Shown piece after piece: positions 11,309 to 23,020 of a stretch of DNA of 64,000 nucleotides. Below the pieces are notes generated by a model, which did no database searches, was not told where the DNA came from, and saw only the letters and a program-made list of their open reading frames with translations. Source of the stretch: Candidatus Bathyarchaeota archaeon (GTDB taxonomy: Archaea; Thermoproteota; Bathyarchaeia; Bathyarchaeales; Bathycorpusculaceae); assembly GCA_963772455.1 (NCBI GenBank), contig CAVYXJ010000006.1, positions 23,721-87,720 of the forward strand. The letters are read 5' to 3'. Each line of letters begins with the position of its first letter. Position 1 is the first letter of the stretch. Both the position numbers and the translations under genes were made by a program.

Positions 11309-13061
11309 TTAATTGCGGTTGTCAACTATGTTCTTTTTTTCTTTGAATTCAGTTTTTTTGCAGACATCAGAAATTAGCGCGGATGGCTGGGGGTATTGTG
11401 AAGATACTGAAAACCCTAGTGTATTTGGGTTCTCCAGCTTTCCTTACATTCATCAGATTTCCTCCTCCATTCAAATATCCTTCAACGAAAGCTTTGGCTA
11501 CTGCTTCTGCCTTACTATTGGTATAATATGGTTCAAGATAGTGTCCAGTGTAGTAGAGAAAGACTGCTACATCCCATGCTTTGTCTCCTTCTTTAGTTGC
11601 TTGTTCAAAATCTATTAGGAAAATAGTGCCATCGGGTTTTACGAGAACATTATCAGGTTTTGTGTCTCCTAAAGCGACGTTGTATGAGTGAACTTTTGCA
11701 AATACCTCGCCCACTTTGCCAACGGTATTGAGGACGGTTTGGATTGTCGAGGGGTCAGTCGATGTTGCTATTCGTTTGATGGCTTCGGATAGATTTTCGC
11801 CTTCTATATATTCCATGAAGACTAATACGTTCAGCGTTGCTAACGTGCAAAATCTTGGGAACATTAATACCTTCATTGTGCAGAAATTCGTTGATTGCAT
11901 ATTCTCTGGCTAGACGTGCTTGACCAGCTACTGAAAAAGATCTGGCTCCAAAAGACCACAATGTTAAGGGGAACCATTTCAAGCCCGACCAATCTTTAAA
12001 GCGTTTAGCCAAAAATTTGGTTTCTCCTTGTGTGACTATGTGTTTTAATTAAGTAAACGTCATTTAACATTCCGCCGATGGGTTCTACTTCTATGTTAAC
12101 GTTCTCTTCTTTGAGTAACATTTTCTTTGCAAATCCTTTGATGTCAATTCTATCGGAAAGTGAAACCAATCCTTCTGAAGTTGGAAAGAAAATGTATTTT
12201 TGTGGGTCAATGAATTGGAATGTTGGGTTGGTGGGCTTTAACCAGTTGATCTTTTGGGTTCTTAGAAAGACTTCTGTGTTTTGTGATACAATGTTCATTA
12301 ATTGGGGTAGAACACCGAAAATGGCCGTGAAGAGCGTTCGCGGCATATTTTTTGATAAGTTAATTATTTTGAGTCGTGGATCTTGACATTTAGAAATAAA
12401 TTTTTTTGTGATTGCATAAGTAACCATTTTGGTTGCTGATTATTTCTTCTATCTCAAGTTGTTTTAGAGCTTCGTTGTAACTGGCTAATTCGTTTTCTTC
12501 GTTTTGTTGAAGGTTACTTGTCAAGTTAGCAACGTCGTAAGCCTTTAAGGGAAAAACTCGAATACGATTAGAAAACACCTCATACATGAAGTATTGAGGC
12601 TTAATCTGAATAAGTTTTACAAGCTCGGGAAAATTTACAACTAGATTCTCAAGCAGCTCAAGAATCAAACGTTTCTTTAAGGAAACTTCTTTTTCACGCA
12701 GGTAATCTTTTCCTAATAGTGGTAAGTGAGGGAAAGACAAGTTTACTTGCAATTGCTTCACCCAAAAATCCTCTATCTATATCTCTTTCAAAAATCCATT
12801 GATCCACTGCGAAAACAAAAATTGTCTTGTTGTTGACTGTTTTTAGTAACTCATTAGTCTGGGTTGGAAATCGTGTATAACGAGCATTACTTCCTGAATT
12901 ATTCTTTGGTTTGATGTTTTCATTGAGTAGTTGTCTACTAGGGCTATTGCAGCGATTTTTGAAGTACCGGCAATGTGTTTGCAGAACTCTATAGAGTTTG
13001 GCGAGTCATCTCGTAGGCTTCGTTGGTTTGCTTGCGTCAACCTTTCACCCTGAGCGTTCAC
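11309..13061 (-). CDS. Large protein with a C-terminal Bud32/RIO/Kdo-like kinase domain, fragmented by several indels
   Basis: Consecutive minus-strand fragments 12843..13061, 12390..12761, 12005..12427, 11755..12012 and 11367..11900; kinase motifs GGMLNDVY, MEYIEG, GDTKPDN, IDFE. Confidence 0.75.
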
Positions 13062-13175
13062 ATAGCAATTGGGCTTAGAGGTATTTAAAAGAGGTTTTAT
13101 TCTTCCTATGGAAAAGACCGGATGTTTGAAAAATCAATTACAAAGTAAATTTGCTGGCAAGCTCTAAGAGACTTG

Positions 13176-13585
13176 TCAGTTTATGGTACTTGTAATGCTA
13201 ATTTGTTTCTGTTTTTTGTGGTAATCGTGCCCATTGTTGGTTGATGTTATCTCTTGAGTGTTGCTTGTTATTTTGTTGCGGATTATGTTCAGTGAGTCTT
13301 CTGTGTAGTTTAACATGTTTTGTCCGTTTGTTGTTAGGTTGTAGACTTTTCTGGTCGTTCAAAATCTGTATTCCAGTTGCTGTCTATGAAGCCCTTTTTT
13401 TCAAGGGTGCCCAGAAGTGGGTATATGGTGCTTGGTCCGAAATATACGCCGAAGTTTTTTCGGATTTTGGTTATTACTTCGTATCCATGCATGGGTTTGT
13501 TGTTTAGTAATTGTAGGATTATTAGATCTAGTAGACCTTTCATTAGTTTGGCTGCAACTTCTTTTTGTGAATTTCCTGTGAACAT
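13176..13585 (-). CDS. PadR family transcriptional regulator (indel near 13350)
   Basis: PMHGYEVI...GPSTIYPLLGTLEKKGFI; shifted frame continues RKVYNLT. Confidence 0.88.
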
Positions 13586-13642
13586 TTCTTTCTCCTCGAC
13601 TTGTATTTTTGTAGAACAGTTTTTCTGTTATACGTGTATACA

Positions 13643-13664
13643 ATATGTCCTTATTCGGACATAT
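13643..13664. promoter_or_regulatory. Candidate PadR operator palindrome
   Basis: Perfect ATATGTCC-N6-GGACATAT between the divergent padR genes. Confidence 0.6.
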
Positions 13665-13823
13665 CTTGATTACTTAGTTACTGTAAACCTCGATATAAAT
13701 CCTAATACATAACATAAGCATACCAAGACATATTACTGCACAGAATAAGCTTGGAAACTAATAATAACCTAAATAAATTTAAACATCAAACCATAAACAG
13801 ACACCCGAAAACAAGGAAAATAC

Positions 13824-14144
13824 ATGTCAGAAACCTACAAGAAAGAAATTGTACAACACATAATCAGAAACTTATTAGGCATTCAACTTTTACGAATTAT
13901 ACACGCCCAGCCGACATGGGGATACAAAATCAAAAAGCAAGTCGAAGCGGATTTCAACGTAAAACTTCGGCATGGCGCTCTCTACCCAACGCTAAATAGT
14001 CTTGAAGAGAAAGGTTTTGTTGAGAGCAGTAAACAGCAAAAAGACGGTCGCGCCAGAAAAGTGTATGCTATAACTGAAAATGGCAAAATGTATCTTCAAA
14101 CTTACTACAGTATTCTTCGAGGGCAACTTGAAAGTAGCAAATAA
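13824..14144 (+). CDS. PadR family transcriptional regulator
   Basis: WGYKI...GALYPTLNSLEEKGFV...RKVYAITENG. Confidence 0.92.
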   Translation: MSETYKKEIVQHIIRNLLGIQLLRIIHAQPTWGYKIKKQVEADFNVKLRHGALYPTLNSLEEKGFVESSKQQKDGRARKVYAITENGKMYLQTYYSILRGQLESSK

Positions 14145-14259
14145 CCAACTAATTAGAAATCTCAATATTTTAGCCATTTTATGGACGAGATGTAACGCTT
14201 TTGTGAATGAACAAAAAAGCTTTTATCCTAATAACAATGACAGAAATTGAGGAAATAAA

Positions 14260-14911
14260 ATGACTTTAGAATCAAGCAAAATATTAGGCGGCATCGGCGC
14301 AATACTAATGTTCGTAGGTAGTTTTTCCAACAATTAATTATTTAGGCATAGTCGAAATTATAGGCGTAATACTACTTTTGGTTGCATTGCATAATCTTTC
14401 TACCATTTACGGGGAAAGAAGCATATTTAGAAATGCCATTTATGGTGTAGCAGTTGCAGTTGTAGGAGCCATTATCATAGGTGTACTTACGTTTGCAGTA
14501 GTTCTGTCAAACCTTAAGGATTTAATAACCCAACTTTATCCAGGCTGGAATGGTGATTGGTCAACACTTCAGGGCATGACCCCAAACACAACCAACATTG
14601 ACCCAACAGGCATCTTTCCACTTCTAGGAGGGTTACTTGTTGTTTTGGTAATTGCTTGGGTTTTAGCCATAATCGCCTCGTTCTTCATATATCGCTCATT
14701 AAAACAAGTTTCAAATAAATCTAATGTAGGCTTATTCGGGACTGCTGGACTGATACTTCTAATAGGCGCCGTAATTCCGGGAATTGGGTTAATTCTTATG
14801 TGGGTGTCTGCGTTAATACTGGCAATTGCATTCTTCACACTTAAAACTCAAGAACCAGCAACGGCAGCCCCTACTACTCCACCCCCACCAACATATTTAA
14901 AGACAAACTAA
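14260..14911 (+). CDS. DUF996-like membrane protein (indel near 14325)
   Basis: Starts MTLESSKILGGIGAIL at 14260; multi-TM; FGTAGLILLIGA motif; Pro/Thr tail. Confidence 0.75.
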
Positions 14912-15093
14912 ATCCTTTATTATTTTTTTTATTTTTAAAGAAGAATACTTTATTTTAGAAACAAAAATGATTATAATTAAAGAACGTTTCAGGTATTATT
15001 TCAAGGTCCAGAGCAATTTAGTATTGCTTTGAATAGTTTAGTTTTATAAGTAGTGTTCTCTATTTCTTTTGTAGGAATAAGCAATTTTTTAGG

Positions 15094-16576
15094 ATGATTA
15101 AAATGAGTAACTCAAATAATTTTGAAATTGCTGGGTTGCCTTTTGAAGTTATTATTTATAATCTGCCTGTCGGAATGACTATTATTGAAAAGTCAAGTGG
15201 TAGAGTTGTCTTTGCAAATAAGGTGGCAGTGGATCTCTATGGGGTTAATCCAATTGGTTTACATGCACCAGGACCCTTCAAGTTTCTCAAGCTTAATGGA
15301 GAAGTTTTTCCTATCCAAGAGCTATCCGCTAGTCGTGCCTTGATTGATGGTGAAACGGTTCGCAATCAAGATTTGATAATTGAACAGCCAAATCTAAAAA
15401 GGATAATTATAACCGATACAGCAATTCCCATAAAGAAAAATGGTGACGAGATCGTTGGTGCTCTGGTAATATTTGAAGATATTACAGAACGTAAACGTAT
15501 GCAAGAAAAACTTGAGGAATATGCAACTACCTTAGAAAAGCTTCTCGATGAGCGGACAAAGAAAATTTCGGAAAATGAACAAGACTATAAGGAGTTGTAT
15601 GAGAGTTTTGGAGAAGCTTTTATTGCAACAGATTGGGAATTCAATGTTATACATTGGAACAAAGCTGCGGAAAGAGTTACAACTGTAAAAGCAAGTGATG
15701 CTTTGGGGAAGAAAGTTTACAACGTTTTGCCTGAAATGATGAATGTTGATGTTACTCCTTATTTTGAAGCCTTATCGAAAAATAAGCCAGCGCGTTTTAT
15801 GATGAATACGGTAAGTAGAGAAACTCATCAACCCTCGGTTTTTGAGATTTCAACTTACCCTTCAACTAAGGGAATTATTATCATAGTTGAAGATAAGACT
15901 GAAGAAGAATTAAACAAACGTTTGTCAGCTATTGGTCAGACTGCAGGGATGATTGGACATGATATACGTAATCCACTTCAGGCTATTCTTAGCGATATTT
16001 ACCTATTGAAGACCGATTTAGCTAACATGCCCAAATGCAGTACAAAGGACGGAGTTGTTGAGAGTTTAGTAAGTATGGAAAAGAACATTGAATATATTAA
16101 CAAAATTGTTGCAGACCTTCAGGATTACTCCCGACCGCTAAATCCCTAATTTTCAAGTTACAGATTTATCGCTACTTCTTTCTACTGTTCTAAAAACAAT
16201 TAGCATTCCAGACAACATAAAAGTTTCAATAGATAACAAGATTATCAAAAGGGTTAAGACTGATGCTGAATTCCTCCAAAGAGCATTGACTAACTTAGTT
16301 GTCAACGCGGTTCAAGCTATGCCGGAAGGGGGACAATTGAGTCTCAGATTCAAAGTAGTCGGTAATAAAGTATCAATTTCGGTTGAAGATACCGGGATTG
16401 GTATTCCTGAAGAAATTAAACTTAAGATATTTGTTCCTATGGTGACGTCGAAAGCTAAAGGTCAGGGTCTTGGTTTAGCCGTAGTTAAGCGTTTAGTTGA
16501 AAAATTGAATGGAACCATTTCTTTCATAAGTGAAGAAGGTAAAGGAACAAAATTTACTATAGAACTTCCTTCATAG
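15094..16576 (+). CDS. Cytoplasmic PAS-PAS sensor histidine kinase (indel near 16146)
   Basis: Two PAS domains, GHDIRNPL H-box, NLVVNAVQA N-box, DTGIGI and GQGLGL G-boxes. Confidence 0.92.
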
Positions 16577-16822
16577 TTTTTTTGTTTTTTTCAAATCTGT
16601 TATGCTTTTTGGTATTTCCAGTTAAGAGTATTTTGATATTTTCTTATTTCGTAATAGCTTAGAGACCGATTATTATTGAGTATATAGCTACTACGCCTTT
16701 CTGTGAAAGGATTGTCAAAGATTGTTAACCTCTGATTAGTTTTTTATATTTTGAAAATATAAATATTTTTCAGACATCTCGAGATATAATCATAAAATAG
16801 ATTTTGTAAAAGAACAGATTAC

Positions 16823-17518
16823 TTAGATATGAGGAGGGCTACTTTCAATTGTTTTTTTTGGGCATTTTTTTCGTGCCATAACCATTATTGAAATAACTAT
16901 TGACACTGCTAATATTACAGTTGCTAAAGACATCTGATAAGACACTGTTGAGTTTTGCACCTCAGACTGAGGACTCCACATGTTAGTAGCATTTGCATTG
17001 AACATAACAACGAAGCTTGTAGTGTTTTCCAGAGAGTAAACGAAAAAGCCTGTATTTTTATCCCACTCCTTGTAGACTTTTCCTGGGTCGCTTGCATGTG
17101 TTACAGTTCGACTTGAACCTAACAATGTTTTTTGCTCTTCTCCCTCAATAGTTATATTAGTTTTCTTTGAAGCATCAAAAAATTTATCTCCCATGCCAAG
17201 GTTTGCAGGAATGATTACCCAACCATAAATTTGGCCTTCAGTTAAATCAAAGGACCAAATAGAACTTGAGAAGATACCATTTACTGACAAGGAAGTCTTG
17301 TTTACTTGGAACGATGCACCATTAACCTCCAAAATTTCAGTTCTATACCATGTAAGATTCCGTAATGGATCCAAAGGAGGTCCCGTCATTCTAATGTTAT
17401 ATTCAATCCAATCACCTTTTTTGACACCAACGGAAAACTCGCCGTAAGTAAAAGTGGGTAAAGCCATGACTGAAACAAAAACAATACTTACGAAAACTAA
17501 AGCAGAAAATGTTTTCAA
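16823..17518 (-). CDS. Secreted/membrane-anchored hypothetical protein
   Basis: Signal peptide, GVKKGDWIEY motif, C-terminal TM helix plus basic tail. Confidence 0.75.
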   Translation of the reverse strand: MKTFSALVFVSIVFVSVMALPTFTYGEFSVGVKKGDWIEYNIRMTGPPLDPLRNLTWYRTEILEVNGASFQVNKTSLSVNGIFSSSIWSFDLTEGQIYGWVIIPANLGMGDKFFDASKKTNITIEGEEQKTLLGSSRTVTHASDPGKVYKEWDKNTGFFVYSLENTTSFVVMFNANATNMWSPQSEVQNSTVSYQMSLATVILAVSIVISIMVMARKKCPKKTIESSPPHI

Positions 17519-17723
17519 GTTCCATCGACTACTGCAGGGACTTGCAGCTTTAAAGGGATTTTCGTAAAGAAACCTTGACTGATTAATTCGATGGTTCCGA
17601 AATGTTTAGTATAATTTTATTTACTAAATTTTCAGGTCGCCGTGTTCTTAAGTCTTAGAGCACAGTTAGTTTGATGGCTAACTCTATTCGATTGTTCATT
17701 TTTTTTTCTTCATCTCAGCGAAA

Positions 17724-17788
17724 GCCCTTTAGAGACTGGGATGAGCCAGATTCGTTGGGGAATGTTGTCGCCGTCCCAGCTTTAGGGC
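17724..17788. repeat. GC-rich hairpin repeat, copy A
   Basis: GCCCT..CTGGGATG / CGTCCCAG..AGGGC inverted arms; 17751..17779 matches 19103..19131 at 27/29 nt. Confidence 0.75.
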
Positions 17789-17856
17789 AAAGTAATTTTC
17801 AGGGTCTAAATTACTAATGAATTGCTCTAGTTATAAGATTTTTCAATATCTACACT

Positions 17857-18276
17857 TTGTTTGCTTACAATAATAAAACGTTAGTTTTATATTTTCAAAT
17901 GAAATACAAGGAGACATGGAAAATAGGATCTGTAATCCTACAAACTAAAGATGGCATTAAGCTTACAACTGAACAATTTATCTATCAGGGTAAATCATAC
18001 CCTATCAAAACTATGAAACGGGCATGTTTAAAGGAAGGTAACTATAAGAACGCTGACAAACTCCAAATCGAATTTAGAGATGGAAGAATTGAAGAATTTT
18101 TTCTAAAACCTACAGTTACAGTCAAAGAGGTATTAGCTGACCGCCTTGCAACTTTCAAACTTACTCCGATGAGTCTTATGCAACGAAAAATGACTGCCCA
18201 AATATTAGAATGGGCAGCCAGCATAAACGACCTAATCAACAAAGCTAGCACCGATTCAGTCTCCAGTGTTCTCTAA
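17857..18276 (+). CDS. Hypothetical protein with a possible PH-like fold
   Basis: Beta-rich pattern ending in a W-containing helix (EWAASINDLI). Confidence 0.55.
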   Translation: MFAYNNKTLVLYFQMKYKETWKIGSVILQTKDGIKLTTEQFIYQGKSYPIKTMKRACLKEGNYKNADKLQIEFRDGRIEEFFLKPTVTVKEVLADRLATFKLTPMSLMQRKMTAQILEWAASINDLINKASTDSVSSVL

Positions 18277-18390
18277 GATAAAGGTAATGTGTTTAGTCGG
18301 CGGCAACCCTTGAGGTTGTTCGCTTCCAACCTTTCTTTCTTAGTAAGAAGCGAACATTTCCTTCTTTTACAATTAAGAATTAGTAGTGCA

Positions 18391-18442
18391 AAAACAGATT
18401 CCTTAGTGCGAGGAGGTGTCTTTAGGGGTTGTACTCGCTACC
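18391..18442. repeat. Non-coding direct repeat, copy C
   Basis: First 26 nt match 19021..19046 at 22/26; TCGCTACC lies at the same offset in both copies. Confidence 0.65.
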
Positions 18443-18470
18443 TGAGTGTTTTTGCTTGTAAGGGCAACCT

Positions 18471-18923
18471 TTACCATTTTTCTGGGCTTTGATATCTGAA
18501 AATGGGCGAATTCTTTTTTGCTTTTTCAACTTCATTAAACATATGGAAATATTCATTTTGCTTCTCTTTGATTAGTTTCTCAATAATTTCAACTAATTTT
18601 TTAGGTTCAAAAGGCTTTATAATGTATCCATCAGCTTTTTCATTTACGGATATTGCAGCATTTTCAATTGAAGGTTGCCCTGTTATTATTATCTTAATCA
18701 TTTTTGGTTGAATTTCCTTCAATATGTGAAGTAAGTCTGTCCCTTTTACGTCGGGCAGATTAACATCGATAAGAGCAACATCAAATGGGGTTTTTTTGCA
18801 GAGGTCGATGGCTTTTTTACCATTTTCTACAGTGTAAACTGAATAACCTTCATTTTCCAGAATAAAGGAAAGTGTTTTTCTTATTTCCTGGTTATCGTCA
18901 ACTATTAGTGTTTGAACAAACAA
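18471..18923 (-). CDS. Stand-alone response regulator receiver protein
   Basis: LIVDD, ALIDVNLPD (phosphoacceptor Asp), IITG, YIIKP. Confidence 0.93.
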   Translation of the reverse strand: MFVQTLIVDDNQEIRKTLSFILENEGYSVYTVENGKKAIDLCKKTPFDVALIDVNLPDVKGTDLLHILKEIQPKMIKIIITGQPSIENAAISVNEKADGYIIKPFEPKKLVEIIEKLIKEKQNEYFHMFNEVEKAKKNSPIFRYQSPEKW

Positions 18924-19020
18924 GAATTATTGCTCCTGAATTTTTTTAGTGCTCCAACCCAAAAGTTATACTAAAAGGAATATTTGCCTTGTGAATTGGA
19001 AATATGAATTACTTATTTTG

Positions 19021-19134
19021 AAAACAGAGTTCTTAATGCGAGGGGGGTCAAGGAATATGTGTGTTCGCTACCCTAAAGCTTTACATTTCGGGTCGGCGTT
19101 TTTTCGTTGGGGGATGATGTCGCCGTCCCAGTCT
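19021..19134. repeat. Composite non-coding repeat, copy B (C-like 5' half plus A-like hairpin)
   Basis: Shares sequence with 18391..18442 and 17751..17779; GGGTCGGCG/CGCCGTCCC stem. Confidence 0.7.
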
Positions 19135-19313
19135 GATTGGAAGATGATGAACAAAAAATTGACAGACCCCACTTTCCAAAAGTAAAGTATAACATTCTTA
19201 AAAAAGGGTGTTCCGCTTGGAGAACAAGGTGTTCTCTGGGGAGAGTAATATTTCAGCACGTTATTATCTTCACAGTGAATCATAATGGAATTTCAACTAA
19301 ATGGGTGTCAACT

Positions 19314-21202
19314 ATGAAAAAAAGAGTGACTCTAAAAATCCTAACCTTAGCAATAATTTTGTTCTCTGCTATTTGGATGTTTAATACCCAGACAAGTCAT
19401 GCTTCAAAGACTTTGGTTGTTCCACAGGATTACTCGACTATCAATGGGGCTGTTAGTGCCGCTTCTTATGGAGACACTGTGATGGTGCAGAATGGAATTT
19501 ACCGCGAAAACGTGATAGTTAGCAAGTCAATTTCTCTTTTAGGTGAAGATGCAAAAAACACAATAATAATTGGAACTGGAGGCGGTAATCATGCCCTTGC
19601 AGGAATCACAATATCCGCAGATAACGTGAAAGTTTCAGGGTTCACTATTGAAAGCCTCAACTACACAAGCTCAAATCTTTATGCTACTGGCATCAACATC
19701 CAAGGTGACCACTCCACTATAACAGGAAACATCATCCAAAATAATTATCTAGGTATCTTCTGTTCCATCCAATCTTTTACAGAAATAACTGGAAACACCA
19801 TAAGCCATAATTTTAAAGATGGAATGCGATTTTACGGTGGATCCCTGAACGAGATTTCTGACAATAACATAAGTGGGAATGCAGGGTCAGGAATTGCGAT
19901 TGCTGGTTACTCTAACACAATTTTGAGAAATAAACTGGAAAATAACCTTCGAGGCATCGGTTTAGGTTCAACCTACTCTGTGTTGTCTGGAAATACTATT
20001 GAATCAAACCTTGAATCAGGAATTTATTTAGCTGGTTCAGAAAACACCATTTCCTCCAACAATCTTTCTAATAACAAATGGGGAATCTACATTACCCCAC
20101 AGTTAGCTGCTTCACATGCAAACAACATCTATCATAATAATTTCAATAACATTTTTAATGCATTCGACAATTCTTCTGCCATAGTTGAAAACTGGGATAA
20201 CGGACCTAAAGCAGGCGGAAACTATTGGAGCGACTACACCTCAAGATATCCAAACGCAACCGAAATAGACAATTCAGGAATAGGAAATACTCCATATCTG
20301 ATTTGGGCGGATAACATCGATAATTATCCTCTTGTAGCACCCTATGATATTACAGATCAAGCCGACACGCCCTTGGCAATTCCGCCGGCGACTGCAAACC
20401 CAAACAGTATTGTAGCCTCTTGGGCATTCGATAATGTGGACTCCAGTGGCATAACTCCTGACGCAACTGGTCAAAACCCAGCAGTGTTAGGATCGACGAA
20501 CGGAAACAAATCTTTCAATCCAGCATTGGTAGATGGGAAATTTGGAAAAGCACTACAATTCAACGGTGAAGCTTACGTTAATGTACGGGTTGCCCCAAGC
20601 ATAGAAACACTCAATGACCTTACAATTGATACTTGGGTTAATGTACAATCCTTTAAAGAAAATGTGGCATATAACAACATCATCGTTGAAGTTGTGAGAA
20701 CCACTGATGCAACGCCAACCCGGACACTTGGCCTTGCCACTAACGGTGAAGAACCCCAAAATACAAGTTCCCCAGTCGTCGGTGCTCTTCGTGCATATGT
20801 TTTCACAAAAGACGGAGGTTTCAACGAAATTGCGACAACGCAACCAATTCCATTAAATCAATGGATTCACGTTGTTTTCACGCGCAGCGTAAACAATGGA
20901 ATGCACATTTACGTTAATGGACAAGAACAAGCAGTCAAAGTTACTTCAGGAGTACGCTAATCCTTCAGGCACTATTATGCGGCAAAACGAAATTTACGTG
21001 GGACACGACGCAGTTTGCACAATAGATGAACTTAGAAATCAGCAATTCAATTGAACAAGCTGCTCAGCCTTTGTGGATGCAATGGTGGCTTTGGACAGCA
21101 ATTATCTTTGCTGGCGTTGCAGGAAGCGGTTTACTGGTTTATTTCACGAAACGTGGCAAAGAGTCTGTAATCCAAAACTATGCTAGCTTGATGGATAAAT
21201 AA
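19314..21202 (+). CDS. Surface protein with NosD/right-handed beta-helix repeats, LamG-like domain and C-terminal TM anchor (indels near the 3' end)
   Basis: Signal peptide, VPQDYSTI..A, repeated N.I..N..GI, GGNYWSDY, DNYPL, GKFGKALQFNG, QWIHVVF. Confidence 0.88.
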
Positions 21203-21286
21203 GTACCTTTTTTCTTTTTTTATATTTAGAAATTAGAATAATAAATGTAAAAAGTGGATTAAATTAAGTGCGAGAATTGGGCAAGA

Positions 21287-21418
21287 CTATTTTTTGCCTT
21301 TGCTTGCGTGTTTGGCTGGAAGTGAAACCTGTTTTCTCTCTTTTCGTTTCTGTTCTTTTTCACGTACTATTTTTTTGTGTTGTTCTAAACCTTCAGCTTT
21401 CTTTGCTTTCCTAGACAA
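21287..21418 (-). CDS. Small basic protein, 43 aa (absent from the ORF track)
   Basis: TTG-start ORF MSRKAKKAEGLEQHKKIVREKEQKRKERKQVSLPAKHASKGKK. Confidence 0.55.
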   Translation of the reverse strand: MSRKAKKAEGLEQHKKIVREKEQKRKERKQVSLPAKHASKGKK

Positions 21419-21699
21419 TATCTTCAACCTTAGCAAGCAATAGAATCATCCGTACTCAAAAACCATGCCCCATAAACAAGGCATTGTCGCAATATTTAAT
21501 AGCAGAAAAGTTTACGCCTATTTGGAGAAGAATAAAAGACGCCCTCAGTTGAGAAACGTTGTCCAAAATGTGGTTCTAAAGCAGTTGAAAGAAGGAATAA
21601 TCAAGAATTCTACTGCACTGACTGTAAAGAAATTTTTTATTTTGTTACTCCAGCATGTGGTTCTCAAACTGATTTAAGCAGATATGATCTATAATCCAA

Positions 21700-22461
21700 T
21701 TAGGAAACAATTATGTTGTCTATTATGAAGCCTGATGCACCCGTTGGAGTAGGCAAGTCTATTACAACTTGATTGAATGATTGTCCAGTCAAATCTAGTG
21801 TTAAAGTTCCTTCAGGGTAAACGTCGTTATTTTCAATTCCTCTGGTAGTTATTGGTGAACCAATCGGATTTGAGGTGGAATCAAGGTATGCACTAATTCT
21901 TGATGGCACTTCCTGTTGATCCGGCGTCCAGGATCGTTGAGTTCTTCTGTTTTAAAATTCAGTGTAATTCTATGTATAAGGCTGCTAAATTGAATATTTA
22001 GGGAATCGTGGTTGACGGTGTTTGGCCACAGAAAGTTGCCCGTCAATTTTTGTGAGTTAATAATGCCTCCTATTGAGGCAAGACTTGTTGTTGATTGTAG
22101 TGAAAATGCTCCGCTTGAAGGACTGGAGCTGAAGTGTGCTGTTAATCCGTTGTTTGTTTGGTCAAAGGGGATTGTTGTGTAGTTGAAACTATGGGTGTGC
22201 CGGTATCAAAGTCGAAAGTGGCGGGATTTGTTGTAGGAGATGTTGTTGGACTATGAAAAGGGTAGGTGTTTGAGTGGATATAGGGGTTTGGGAGACAGTC
22301 GGTGATGATGTCGGTGTGGAGGTGGGCGTTGGTGTTGGATTTGGAGAGTTTGTTGAAGGCATTGGGTCATTATAATGTATCATGCAGTGGCGATGGCCAG
22401 AATAATGATTATGGCAAACGCAACTATTTGTTTTGGTTTTAGATGAGCTGCTTGCGGACAT
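21700..22461 (-). CDS. Membrane-anchored extracellular protein with Pro/Thr linker, fragmented by indels
   Basis: Fragments 22189..22461, 21849..22046 and 21700..21909; PTPTPTSTPT linker; ends GFIIDNIIVS. Confidence 0.6.
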
Positions 22462-22637
22462 TTTTCACAAACTCTCTTTAGCTTATGGCAATGTAAGGTA
22501 TTGCTTAAATGCGATTGTTAAATCAACATGCTACCACAATATTGTTTCTAAATGGTTAAGAAATGAGTTTAGGAAAATTTTATTATGAATGTTGGTAAAT
22601 TTTCTTTTGGTTTAGATTGTGCTCAACCAGTAACTTT

Positions 22638-22673
22638 ATATGAAATAATGTTCATATGAATTATTATTCATGC
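22638..22673. promoter_or_regulatory. Tandem ArsR/SmtB-type operators overlapping the TATA box
   Basis: ATATGAA-N6-TTCATAT followed by ATGAAT-N4-ATTCAT, just upstream of the arsR-family gene. Confidence 0.75.
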
Positions 22674-22692
22674 GATTTTAGGATGTGAACAA

Positions 22693-23020
22693 ATGAAAAA
22701 AGGGCTAACAAAAATCTGCCACCACTTCTTCACCAACCTAGGCAAACCCAACCCGACTCGCCGCCCTCGAACAATTAATGGACAAACCCATGAGCGTAAA
22801 CGAACTCGCAGAAGCATTGGGACAAGAACAAAGCATGATCTCACACAACCTCAAATCCCTTCTCGAATGCAACCTCATCACCATCCAAAAACAAGGAAAA
22901 AAACACATCTACACAATCAACCAAGAAACCCTTAGCCCAATATTTGAAGCCATCCAAAACCACGCAGAAAAATATCTGTCCAACAGGCGGAAAATGCCTA
23001 AAAGAGGAAAACTAACATGA
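22693..23020 (+). CDS. ArsR/SmtB family repressor (indel near 22745)
   Basis: FFTNL.NPTR..., MSVNELAEALGQEQSMISHNLKSL. Confidence 0.88.

Noticed and set aside
16140-16150. Stop-codon readthrough in the histidine kinase
   Set aside because: The downstream ATPase domain is in a different frame, so this is an indel and not readthrough
17724-19134. Integron attC sites or a fluoride riboswitch as the identity of the repeats
   Set aside because: No properly placed RYYYAAC/GTTRRRY boxes, flanking genes are in mixed orientation, no integrase is present, and the riboswitch consensus is not met
19137-19313. N-terminal extension of the NosD-like ORF
   Set aside because: The signal peptide begins at ATG 19314; the extension is probably non-coding
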